Source: Jimgerdemannia flammicorona (taxonomy: Eukaryota). Taken from it: a stretch of 20,000 nucleotides of DNA. Below are positions 1 to 13,906 of this stretch, in pieces. The position numbers and the translations under genes were made by a program. The notes below the pieces were generated by a model. That model ran no database searches. It was not told the DNA's origin and saw only the letters and a program-made list of their open reading frames with translations. Each line of letters begins with the position of its first letter. The stretch's first letter is position 1. Location of the stretch: the NCBI GenBank assembly GCA_003990765.1, contig RBNJ01000007.1, positions 47,348 to 67,347 of the forward strand, in the 5' to 3' direction.

Positions 1-57
1 ACGCACTTATTAGCCGAGTAACCATGTTTTCCGGATGACCCACGATTTCGTACATAC

Positions 58-3193
<3,136 letters not shown>

Positions 3194-3661
3194 AGAATTC
3201 TTTATTTGGGGTAGAAGTAAACCAATTGGTGTGGCATGGGAAGCGAAAAAGTACGTATGTTGCGTAAAAAAGTCAATAATGTTTAACATGTTGATAGATC
3301 GAAATTATTGGCCTAGATGGCAATACAACGAATACGACCAAACTTTGGCTGAGACCATAATATTTCGCCAAAACGCGCTTTTGGCGTGTACGGAGTTTAA
3401 GTTTGAGGAGAGGGAGGTGATGGTGAATAGAGAGGGGGGGGAGCGATATGATTTTCTGTTGGGCGCCGATGGTATTTATTTTGGGGTTGGAATTTTGCAT
3501 TATTATATGAGCACTAGTCTTCAAATCCGGTCGTTCCAGACAATAATTCATATATGCCAGTCACAGTCACGTTTTGTGACGGATGACGCAACAGCCCACG
3601 TATGTCTCTTACGTCTTTGCTCCGCCTCTCTCAGCTGCCTCCCACATCCAAACCTCCAACA

Positions 3662-5810
3662 ATGGTAACCACATCACACCCCCCCACACTTCTCTGCTTG
3701 ATACCACTTGTTGACATGACTGACCCTCCCCCACGCCCCCAAACTCACACAGTTCCACGGCGCCTACGACGATGACGATGACGATGCATTCAACCAGCTC
3801 GGCCCGTTCGGCACCCACATGCCAACCCTCTTGAATCCGAATAGGAATTTTGTCGAGACGTACCGATGCTTCTCCGTCGCCATGATGCAGGGCAATGAGA
3901 GGGAGAATGTCAACTTTGGCGGCAAAAGTGAGTACGGCCCTTGATCCGAGCCACTCTGACGATGCTCTCCGGTGGCAGTTTCGGTGATTTGATTGGGTGC
4001 TCCTACTTGGAAGCTGAAACAGATCTTGCTGATTGAGACTCACTATCCACCTATTTTACCTTGTTTCCCGACAGTCATTCTTCCTCAGTCTGCACTGGTA
4101 AAATTAGGTATGATGCTTTTACCGTCACCACATGCACGGCAGTCGTATTCGTCGCCGAAATATGCTGATCCAATTCTTTCCCGATTCTATTGCGCTTCGA
4201 TGCTCTACATTACAGCGAGTCTCAACATCGAATACCCCATGCTCTTCAAGCTCGAAAACCTCGAAAAGGACCTCCACACGCACGCTGGTGTGCTCGAGTT
4301 CATTGCCGAGGAGGGACGATGCTATCTGCCGCATTGGGTTCGTTCTAACTGCATCCTATGGGGTTCTTGCCAAATTTATACTCGCGTTATTGACAATCAA
4401 AATCTAAGCCGTTTACGATTCTCCCTGTACACTTAGATGATGCAAACCCTGCTGCTCGAACCCGGTGAAATCATTGAGATCCGCAACACCACCCTGCCGC
4501 TCGGCACCTTCGTCAAGATTGAGCCACAGAGTGTCGACTTCTTGGATATCACCAACCCGAAGGCTGTGTAAGCATTTTGCCCCCTCACATTTCCAATTCC
4601 GAAATGCTTCCTCAGATTTTGATTTAGGGACGATTACTCATCAAAATTTTTGTATCCGATCAGGCTTGAGCAAGCGCTTCGCAACTTCTCCACCCTGACC
4701 CGCGGCGACATCATCCAGATCAATTACAACAGCAAGGTCTACGAGATCCGTGTGCTTGAGATCCGGCCTGAAATGCTGCACGGGGGCTTGTCCATTGTCG
4801 AGACGGACTTGGAGGTCGATTTTGCCCCGCCCGTGGGTTACGTCGAGCCCCCCCGATCCAAGCAGCAGCCTAAATTGGATGGACCGCGCATGGTATGAGG
4901 ACGAACTTTTCGGTTCGGGGTATCTTCTACTGCAGATCGTGCCCGTCTACCTTTGAATCTCGGATAGCTGACTTAATCCTAGTAATCGTTTGTTTAATGC
5001 GCAGGCTACGGAGATGGCCATCTCTCAGCAGGTGCAGCAGCAGAAAACATCGTTTGCGGGTGTAGGTGTGCGGTTGAACGGCAAGCCGCTTTCGGCGGGA
5101 AATGAGTAAGTACTGAATGTGGGAAGGAGGCTGAGGGATAATGTTGATCTGCGGGATATCGTGGAATTGGAATGGAACTTTGGGGAGGTGTACTAATTCA
5201 TCTCTTCTACACTTCCGAACCCGCGGTGTTGTGCTCGCTCCACAGGTCTGCGCAATCTACATCGGAACCTACAAAACCGGTGGAGGACGAAGACGGCGTG
5301 CCCGCGGCGCTCAATTTGCCATTTGGCCAGCTATTCTTTGGATATCCGATCGTTCCGTTCAAACCTAAGGATGGAAATGAAGAGGAAGCGGCTGGGGCGA
5401 TTAGTGCTCAGGTGTGTTTATTTATCGAAGTTGTCTAGTTATTCTGGGTTAATTTTTTAGGCAGGAGAAGCCCGCAATTGCGCCGTGTCCATCCATAATT
5501 CACCTCCCTCAATTTTGACTTGGTATAATTGCTGTCCCTACAGAGAACTTTCGTGGGCCAGGGACAGACGCTACGTCCGCGGCGCAACCCCACCAGTGCA
5601 ACCGCCTCGCGGACCGCGTCGCCGACTCCCGGATCTCCCGCATTGGCTCCGAGCCCGAGCCCGCGCGTGACTGGGGGAGACGTGGATCCGTTTAAGGGGA
5701 AGGGTGAGTTGCATGACACATGGGACGAGTAGTGGTTACCTGTCTTGAAATCGATTGGACCTGGCGTATCTAACCTCTCAATCACTTTCGTAGGTAACAC
5801 GCTGAAGTGA
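3662..5810 (+). CDS. UFD1: Ubiquitin fusion degradation protein 1 (Cdc48/p97 cofactor), ~378 aa. Exons 3662-3664, 3753-3927, 4075-4107, 4216-4337, 4437-4567, 4664-4892, 5005-5105, 5246-5411, 5544-5703, 5794-5810
   Basis: [96 protein letters not shown]. All introns are GT-AG and the phases sum to an intact frame. The first and last micro-exons are less certain. Confidence 0.93.
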
Positions 5811-5936
5811 ACGCAATGATCAGAAGTCGTCTTTCATACATCAATGTATCCTATCCTTTTCGACTCTCTTGAGAATCTATAATACGATACTTACATCAGT
5901 TGTTTGTGCTTTGGTGGTGATTCGCGGTTGATGGTA

Positions 5937-5938
<2 letters not shown>

Positions 5939-6017
<79 letters not shown>
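5939..6017. repeat. Poly-T tract (79 nt)
   Basis: Directly visible downstream of UFD1; flanked by GTTGATGGTACCT and GTTGATGGGCCCT. Confidence 0.9.
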
Positions 6018-6018
<1 letters not shown>

Positions 6019-7023
6019 TTGATGGGCCCTGAGCGATGGGTACAGTTGTTTGCTTTTCTCTCCCCTGATTTTTCTTGTATATAGTGATATAGTGCGTTTG
6101 GTTTATCAGTGACACCGATATCGTTGTGTAATGTCAAATTCGCGGTTTATAAAGCCAGGTTAGTAATGCAATATTATGTTGTCAAGATGGTTAAAATGGT
6201 GTGCGTGTGATGGTAGTTGAGACTGGAGGAAGATTTCTTGAGTATAGATAAAATACACCTATTTTTAATAATATTTATGTTTGGTTAATTATACTTCTAT
6301 ATTACGAATACTGCCGTTATCACCTATCATTGCTGTTGTCCTGATCACTGCACAACTTGAGAAGACGCACTCCAGAAAATATCCTAGTTGGAACATGACT
6401 TTGATGACAGAGAAGCCAAACGAGAAGCAAGAGGGTATTCACGCCAATATTATTGAATATAATAAGTTTTGGAGATGAGCGAAATTGTTATACCGAGATG
6501 AAATCTCCCTCGAGACTCACAAATGACATCAAGGTCATAGGTCACGGTCCCCATGAAGACCGGGCAGGATCCGGTGCTTTGGGAGAGGCCGCAACATATC
6601 CTGCAGCAGACGCCGAGCATATCTTCTGAAAAAAAGGTCCCAGAACAATTGAAGACATTGACGGCGATGAATCGATCCTCGGCTTTTAAGCTGAGCCAGG
6701 CGATCATCCCCACTCTGATTTATTTGGGGTTATCGCTGTTGATAAGGATATTTGCTATAAATAATGGGTTTGGAAATATGATAGCAGGAGTGTACGTATC
6801 TTGATTATTACCAAATAACACTATTGCCAGCTAATAACTCCTGCGCCAAAAAACAGTCCGGTATATCAAGGACATTTCAAGATGAGTGCTCGGCCTCGTT
6901 TTCAACTATGCTGAGACATGTAGGTCATCCAAACGTTATCACGGATGCTGCGGACAAATATCATCTTCGGATGAAAGATGTCTATAATTGGGACTTTTGG
7001 GCAGTCGCGGAAAGTATTTGATA

Positions 7024-7025
<2 letters not shown>

Positions 7026-7115
<90 letters not shown>
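7026..7115. repeat. Poly-T tract (90 nt, single A at 7078)
   Basis: Directly visible. Confidence 0.9.
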
Positions 7116-7116
<1 letters not shown>

Positions 7117-8244
7117 ATACACTCCCGCGGCTGAAGAGGGCAATGGACGTATTTTCCCTTTCATTATTTATATCTATGGTTTCTATCAAATAGCAATCAT
7201 TCTCTAAAATGATTTATGGTCATCATCTCAGTCGATGGGCAGATCGTCAGAATGCGAGTGCTTATCCGCAACATCCATTGCTAATGCACATATGGGAGCT
7301 AGACTCTATCTGGATCGTAAAATCGCACAATGTCCATAATGTCGGTGGTTGAATAGACCTTGATGACGAGCAACTGGGCAAATGATGAAGGATGCCACCA
7401 ATAAAGACATAAGGCTTTTGAAATGGGCTATTATGAAGAGTATGTAAGAGTTGTTTAAGTATAGTCAAACCTAAAATAAATGGCTCCCTTTTTATATATT
7501 TACTAACATAATAGGGGCTATTTTTATTCTAGGCTGGCAGGATGATCTCCAGGACAAACCATAATCCGTAGAGCTGAAACAATATTATTTACACAATATC
7601 ATGCATTGGAGTGGGAATGACCGCTGCCGTCGGCCATTCAATCTGAAGATCACGTCGCGCCTAGTTTTCTTGCCTTCGCCCTCAATTTATAGTTGACTGG
7701 ATCAATACACACACACAACACGACCCTCGAGATCCATTTGCTTGTCAACGTAGTATGAATCGGTTAAACGCGTCCATCAGATATGGCCTGTCAACCGACG
7801 CGAAGAGATATCGGCAACCCCACCAATGCTGAGTTTGAAATCATCACTGCATCCCACCTCAATCGTTCCGTATTCCGCGAGTAACCCAAGTTGGTCCCAA
7901 GGGTGTGGAGCTTCGCACTTTCCAGTTAAGCTTCCAGGCGTAATTTCTCTATATTCATAATCACCTTGCGACCCCCTCTCTTGTGGCATACGTAGATCTA
8001 CAATGCAATGGGTGACGACTCCTAAAAAAAACTTCGTCGGGATAACGACAATCTCTTCCACCAGCTTTCTTGCAAGATATTAATCGCAACTGAAAACTGG
8101 AACAACGATAAAGTTTTTTGCATGTATCGAGTATATGTGGAGAGCGAATCATACTCAATTGCAAAGAATAGTCGGTGCAGAATATAATTAGTAAGTATTT
8201 TATTGTTATCTTTCGAGTGACTGGGACATTTTAATTCACATTTG

Positions 8245-8922
8245 TTTGAAACGCCTGATATTACAGCTTCACTACAGCCATTGGAAAGCTTGCATGGCTA
8301 TTTCGGTGCTCGTACGAGACAGGAATGGCGAGATCCCCTTGTTCAGTTCACAGCTACGTTTCTTGGACAATGTATGGCTCGTATGGCCGGGTTGGATTGC
8401 GAAAAAATGTATATATGAACATAGTCTCTGGTTCAGTGACAGCAACATTTCTTGCACAGTGTATGGCTCGTTGGCCGGGTTGGAAAGTGTGTAAATGAAT
8501 ATAGCATCAAGGCAATATAACGAGAAGAGGAGGAATGGGATGAGTTGGTATGGGCTCTTTGCTGATCATAATGTAGAAGCCGAACAACTCACTGAAGTTG
8601 AATATGAGAAAAACACAGCATGGAATTAAAAGAAGCGAATGAGCTACGGAAAAAATCAAACCCCATCAATGGCTAAGCTTACCACAGCCTATGTAAGGAA
8701 GCGAGACATGCATGGGCTGTCATTCTTCCTTCGACTAAGCAATCTCATTTGTTTCGTCGACAAGTGCTTCGGGATCGACCGCCACAGGTGCTCAAGCGCG
8801 TTTCACTGTGTGTGCTGGACGTCATGAATCAAGCGGAAAGCTTGACGGATGCTGTTGACAATTATATCAACCAGAAGTCGGGGAGGTGTCGAGGTTCTCA
8901 TGTAAGGACAAAGCATCTGTAA
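8245..8922 (+). pseudogene. Decayed coding fragment of unknown family with an internal 90-bp duplication, frameshifts and stops
   Basis: Reads ...WRDPLVQFTATFLGQCMARMAGLDCEKM, then a diverged second copy, then MNIASRQYNEKRRNGMSWYGLFADHNVEAEQLTEVEYEK, a frameshift, and ELKEANELRKKSNPING*AYHSLCKEARHAWAVILPSTKQSHLFRRQVLRDRPPQVLKRVSLCVLDVMNQAESLTDAVDNYINQK. The two repeat copies differ mostly at synonymous positions. Confidence 0.5.
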
Positions 8923-9196
8923 GGGGTGGTTGATGGCTCATTGTATCAGGGCAAGCGTTGAAGATATGAAATAAGACAAATAAAAACACACATATATTAA
9001 TCACACCACTTGAAAGCAAAGAATACAGCCTTTCCGAAAGAAAGCAATATTGTAAGGGCCAGTTGAATTTTATTCGCCAGGATGATAAATAGTATCGTCA
9101 ATTAAAAGATGACCAATATAATGAGGATCAATGGCGAAAGTGAATTTCGCTTCAAAAGCGATGTCATTCTCCCCAGCACTCTACTCACGCCCTCCC

Positions 9197-10445
9197 CTAC
9201 TCATTCCCCAGCAGATCCACCACCTTCCTCACCAAACTCTGCAACTGCTCGGCCCTCATCGCGCTCGTCGCCAATACCTCTTCATGGCTCGCCACTATCG
9301 TATCGGTATCTTCCTCAAAATCCTCCACATGCTCACCAGCCTCCCTCAGAACCTCCTTGAACGCGTCCTTGCCCCTCTTCGTCACCACCGCATTTGTTAC
9401 AAGGCTCAAACCCAGCACCTTGATCCCGCAATGGCGCGCCACCACCACCTCCGGCGCGGTTGACATGCCCACGGCGTCGCCGCCCAGGGAGCGCAAGTAC
9501 CTGGCCTCGGCGCGCGTCTCGTAGCTGGGTCCGGAGACGAAGGTGTAGACGCCCTCGCGGATCGAGTCCCGCGGAAAGCCCGTGGCCAGGGCCGCGCGGA
9601 AGGCGAGTTTGCGTAGGCTATAGGTATATGCATCAGAAGTCGGCGGGAAGCGCGGACCGAACTTGTCCAAATTGGGACCAACGAGGGGACTATTGCCCGC
9701 GAGGCCAGGAAGGGAGATGTGGTCGTTGATCACCATAATATCCCCCACCTTGAAAACCGGGTTAAGGCCGCCGGCGGCGTTGGTGACTGGTGGAAGTATG
9801 AGATAAATCAATCAGAACGATGGCCCCGTTACCCCACCCTCAACTACTTTCCTGAATTTTATTCCCAAAAGACAAGATGGTTGCTTACCAATCAGATTCT
9901 GCACCCCAAGCAATTTCATAATCCGCACAGGGAGCGTCACCTGCGACAAGTTATGACCCTCGTAAAAGTGGAAACGACCCACCATGCACACAGTTGGAGT
10001 CCGGTGCTCGCCAAGGAGGCCAAAGACGAGTTTACCGGTGTGACCGACGACTGGGAAGGTGTGAATCAACAAATGAATATGATCAGGGCATTGCAGTACG
10101 CTTTAGGTGGGGTTTTTCGACTTTGTCTATTATTATTAATTTTTTTTTTTTTTTCCATCAAACGAGTCAGAATGCCGCTCTGAACGGCACGACCGAGGCC
10201 TACAAATCACATCATTGAAAGAGCAACCCGATTTCCCAAAACTCACCAGTGCTCACAGCGAAACCCGGAATTTTCTCATATGGGAATTCCACCTTTGTCG
10301 CCACATCGATAGTATCCACAATCCCTCCCAGCCCGGAGCCGCAAATAATGCCGACCTTGACGTTCGGCGGATGGAAGTGGGCGGGAAGGTTGAGCAGGAA
10401 AAACTCGAGGGCTTTCTCGAAGACGACGTTGGATTGAGCTGACAT
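9197..10445 (-). CDS. PNP1: Purine nucleoside phosphorylase (trimeric type), ~316 aa. Exons 10445-10247, 10050-9889, 9786-9197
   Basis: GIICGSGLGG, IPGFAVSTVVGHTGKLVFG, GRFHFYEGH, VTNAAGGLNP, GPSYETRAE, DAVGMSTAPEV, SLVTN, HEEVL; GT-AG introns in frame. Confidence 0.96.
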
Positions 10446-10768
10446 TCTTATGCAGGTGAGTATACAAGGTGGGGAGAGGAAGGTGAAGAAAGTTCGGCGA
10501 AGGAATTTTATACCGTTTGTGGCTTGGTTCCTTATGAGCCTATCTCCATATTGTGGATAATTATGTATCAGTCCTCCGTCCCTCCCATCCGCGCAGAAGT
10601 TTCTACTCAAAATTTGTAAAGTTCTTCACTTTTTGACGCATATCTCATCTCAGTCAATGGACTAACCAACCGAGTGTGTAGTATCTCGATGACGTCAACC
10701 CCAAGTCAAGCCACCAGCGAAATTTCCTGCTCAACGCGCGCTCCATACTTCTTTCGCGTCACATCACC
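10446..10768. promoter_or_regulatory. Bidirectional promoter region PNP1/TFC1 with a palindromic CRE (TGACGTCA, 10690-10697)
   Basis: 323 bp between divergent ATGs; perfect ATF/CREB-type octamer. Function is inferred. Confidence 0.45.
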
Positions 10769-13677
10769 ATGTCCGCAGAATATCAACAGGCTGCCATCCT
10801 TCCACTACCAACAAATCAGTTCTTCGTGATAGAGTACCCAGGCTATGTCAAGAACATTGACAAGGTCATGCGCACCCTGGGTGGCCAACATGCTCTTAAT
10901 AAGGTAACATACCAGTCCAATCAATTCACCCCACCATCGGTCTTGAGATATGGATCCTCACGAATGCACTTTGGATGAAAGGCTATTAATGAAGATCGAG
11001 GTCTTCTAGAGCTTAGTTACCGGCCGGGAGACCCATTCTCGCACCCCATTAGCGGTGACGTTGTCTCAACCTCGAACCTACTACTCAAGGTGACCCGGCG
11101 ACGGAAAAAGAACACGACAAACATGGAGATGGATCAACCGGGGAACGATTTGGACATGGAAGAGGAAGACGAGGAGGATTCTGGAAATTTTAAGGCCGAG
11201 ATCATTGGTCTCATTACGAAGACATGCAGGTTTCGAGGTGTGTTCTCGGAGTATTTTTACTGGCCTTGCCCTCTGCTACATTTTCGCCTTGCGTTCGGCA
11301 ATATTCCTCATTCAATGACTGACTAATGAACCCCATTCGCGTTCCTGATTCATAGGAATGGCTGATTATCAATACATCGTTAACCCTACCGATTCAATTC
11401 CCAAACTGCGCCGCGCCATGCAAACTGGCGATAGTACGTCCCTAGCTCCTTTCATTCTTTAGATTATCGCCCATGATACCATGGATGTCTTATTCGGGCC
11501 ATTACACTCTGTCGTCCACCAGTCGAAACTATTACATCCTTCCGTCTCTCCAACGACGACGAGGACCACGATAACCCACGCAACATTCCGCCTCCTTCGT
11601 TCTCCAGGATCGAAACCCCTATGAACTACAGGTTCGTTTTGCAACTTAAACAGTATTGTTAATTAAAAAAAAAGTACCGTTATTTAGGCTTCATTATCTT
11701 TCTCTCTCTCTCTCTCTTCCTAGCTATCGCCAGAACACCGCCGTCGTCAAAGTCAAGATTCAGAGAGGCGACGGGCAGGTGCGTGGTTCAAAGTCTGATC
11801 AAGTCATTAATGCAAGTTGAATAGTGGCTGATTGCACAATCACTCTCTGATTTATCCGTGACCTCCTTGGGCCGCTTTTCTTTCAATTTCCCGAATACAG
11901 CCCCCTGTAATCAAGCTTATCAACCGTAGCAGAGGAGCGAAATTCTTGGTAGTGTCCATCGACCACAACACAAAAGATATCCTTTCTTTAGTCTTATGTG
12001 TTCCGGTGAGAGTGAATCTGAAGGTTCTGCCCACCTTCACCTCGGTTTTCCTTGACGAATGTGAACACATGTCCCCACCGCTCCGCCGACAGATATATCG
12101 AAGCCTCGGGAGGGCTTACTGCCCACGATTCTACAGCATTTCAAAGACGTGAGTGATTGTAGTGATGAAACCTGACAGTCACGCGTTTTTAATGACCTTC
12201 AAGATTGAGGTATCTTTTCGCCTTTGACGCAATCCTCAGCTGTTTGAGAGGCGGCCCATCTGGACCAGGCTTGCGCTGCATAATAATTTGCCTCCAGAAG
12301 CTCGGCCACACATTAAGAGGTGAGATGGTGATCCTTGCTGACATCTAGATTATGTTTGTTTACATTCTTCCCTTTTTGTTTATGTGCTTAACATTTCCAT
12401 TCGCCTAGGCTTCTCCCTCTGGTGGCTTATCTGATGGTGAGCGGTGCCTGGCGTGATTGCTGGATCAAGTACGGCGTCGACCCAAGGAAAGATCGCGAAT
12501 TGCGGTTGTATGTAGAATTCTCACGTTTTCGTTGTCGCCATCACATCTGTCATGCCGTAGTATGTGAGGTTCTTGTTCAGAGGTACAATATATCTCAAGA
12601 TCACATATTGATCCTTTCACCCCATCTGGCCTAGCTACCAACTTCTTGACGTCCGCAGCACAGCCAAACCGCGTTCTTTTGCTCGTGCGAAACGTACGAC
12701 CCACGTGCGACCCGACCCACTGATTGGGCAAGAGGTGGCTGCGATGGAAGGTGATAGCGAGGAGGAATCGTCCGTCAAACGGTTCGTTTCTCTTACCATC
12801 TGTTCTTCTCCCTGAAGGTTTTAGTTGCTCACAACTGTTGTATTAAACAGATTTCCGCCCGACCTGTCGCACATGTTCGATGGCAAGACAAAGCCTCGCG
12901 ATACAGGCATTTTTCAGATGTGCGATGTCACCGATCCGCAATTGCGGCCGTTAATTGAGACGAAGGACTATTTGAGGCCGATATGTAATGTGAGTTTCTG
13001 TCCAGGTTTGACTCAGGTACTAGGATCATCTCTCTCTCATGCCAGATTCTTGCGTTGGGTTCTGACTTCCTTTCTTTCTATCGTTTCGTAGAAAGAGGAC
13101 GGCTGGTACGACCACTCGATCGTGCACCGCCTCCGGCGCGTCATCCGCCGTAAGTTCACCGAGCTCCACAACGGTCATGTACCCCAGGAACAGGATTATC
13201 ACAAACTCGTGGAGGGTTTGGATGCCGGAGAGAACGAGGAAGAGGAGGAAAATGCCCCGGGCTTGGAAGAGACGGCCGGGACTACGGCAAAAGCAGGCAA
13301 GGAAAAGGATGGGGTTTCTGGGAAGGTGAGCAGGTTGATCTGGTATTGCGGTATCTATAATGCTACGTTTTGGTTGTGGCTCCCTTTTGATATTTTCTTT
13401 CCCGAATTTAATCTGCGGTATCCTTTTATAACCAGGTCGAAGAGCTCATGCGTAACCTACAACACGCCCAACAACAGGCGAAGGACTTCGATGGTATAGC
13501 TGGCTTTGTGTGTGTGTGTGTGTTGCTTTAGTGGTGTTCATTGTTATCTGATGCTCGGATTTCATTCCTTTGAATGGTTTAGGAGAATTTGAGCAAGAGT
13601 TTCCGATTGAGGAGGTGGAGGAATACGAGGATGTATTCGGCGAAGACGAAGACGAAGACGAAGAAGCGGAAGAATGA
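10769..13677 (+). CDS. TFC1: RNA polymerase III transcription factor TFIIIC subunit tau95 (Tfc1/Sfc1/GTF3C5), ~546 aa. 14 exons: 10769-10903, 10982-11237, 11356-11433, 11523-11631, 11724-11778, 11901-11976, 12069-12148, 12240-12319, 12409-12507, 12635-12781, 12851-12989, 13092-13325, 13436-13493, 13583-13677
   Basis: IEYPGYVKNIDKVMRTLGG, LELSYRPGDPFSHPI..SNLLLKV, RFRGMADYQY, IPPPSFSR, LFERRPIWTR, GAWRDCWIKYGVDPR..FYQLLDVR, FQMCDVTDP, DGWY and an acidic C-terminal tail. Exon lengths total 1641 nt (in frame). Confidence 0.92.
11977..12068 (+). other. U12-type (minor spliceosome) AT-AC intron, 92 nt, intron 6 of TFC1
   Basis: 5' site ATATCCTTT (11977-11985); branch site TTTTCCTTGAC (12046-12056); 3' end CAC at 12066-12068. 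Splicing restores the frame: HNTK-D-VPTAPP...HFKD|LFERRPIW. Confidence 0.88.
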
Positions 13678-13906
13678 GCGCGTTGGACGACATATAGTAT
13701 TGCGAACTCGGTATTCCGAGGACTAATGTAGAGAGTACGTGTACATAGATCACATGTGAATAGGAAATGAAAAGATTGCTGTTCCTTGGATTGAAGGAAT
13801 CTGTTATTGTAAACGATTGAATGTTGAAAGCTCTTACATATATTGGATAAAATACAATTACAGAAAACCGAGCAAAGAACATAAAAATCTCTTTTTATTT
13901 TCATAA

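Noticed and set aside
5877-6137. Poly-Lys/poly-Phe ORFs (also 6978-7193, 1381-1771, 17538-17892)
   Set aside because: Translation artefacts of homopolymer tracts in introns or intergenic DNA.
9290-9385. Acidic insertion in PNP between the catalytic Asn and HEEVL
   Set aside because: Variable-length loops at this position also occur in other fungal PNPs; not clearly special.
11700-11717. (CT)n microsatellite; also (TG)n at ~13507-13522 and poly-C at 19975-20000
   Set aside because: Ordinary intronic simple repeats or pyrimidine tracts.
13418-13427. GTATCCTTTT, a perfect U12 GT-type donor sequence in TFC1
   Set aside because: It lies 18 nt before the AG of an ordinary GTGAGC...CAG intron (13326-13435) whose removal already keeps the frame. 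Using it would add implausible sequence and no convincing U12 branch site follows. Probably part of the pyrimidine tract.
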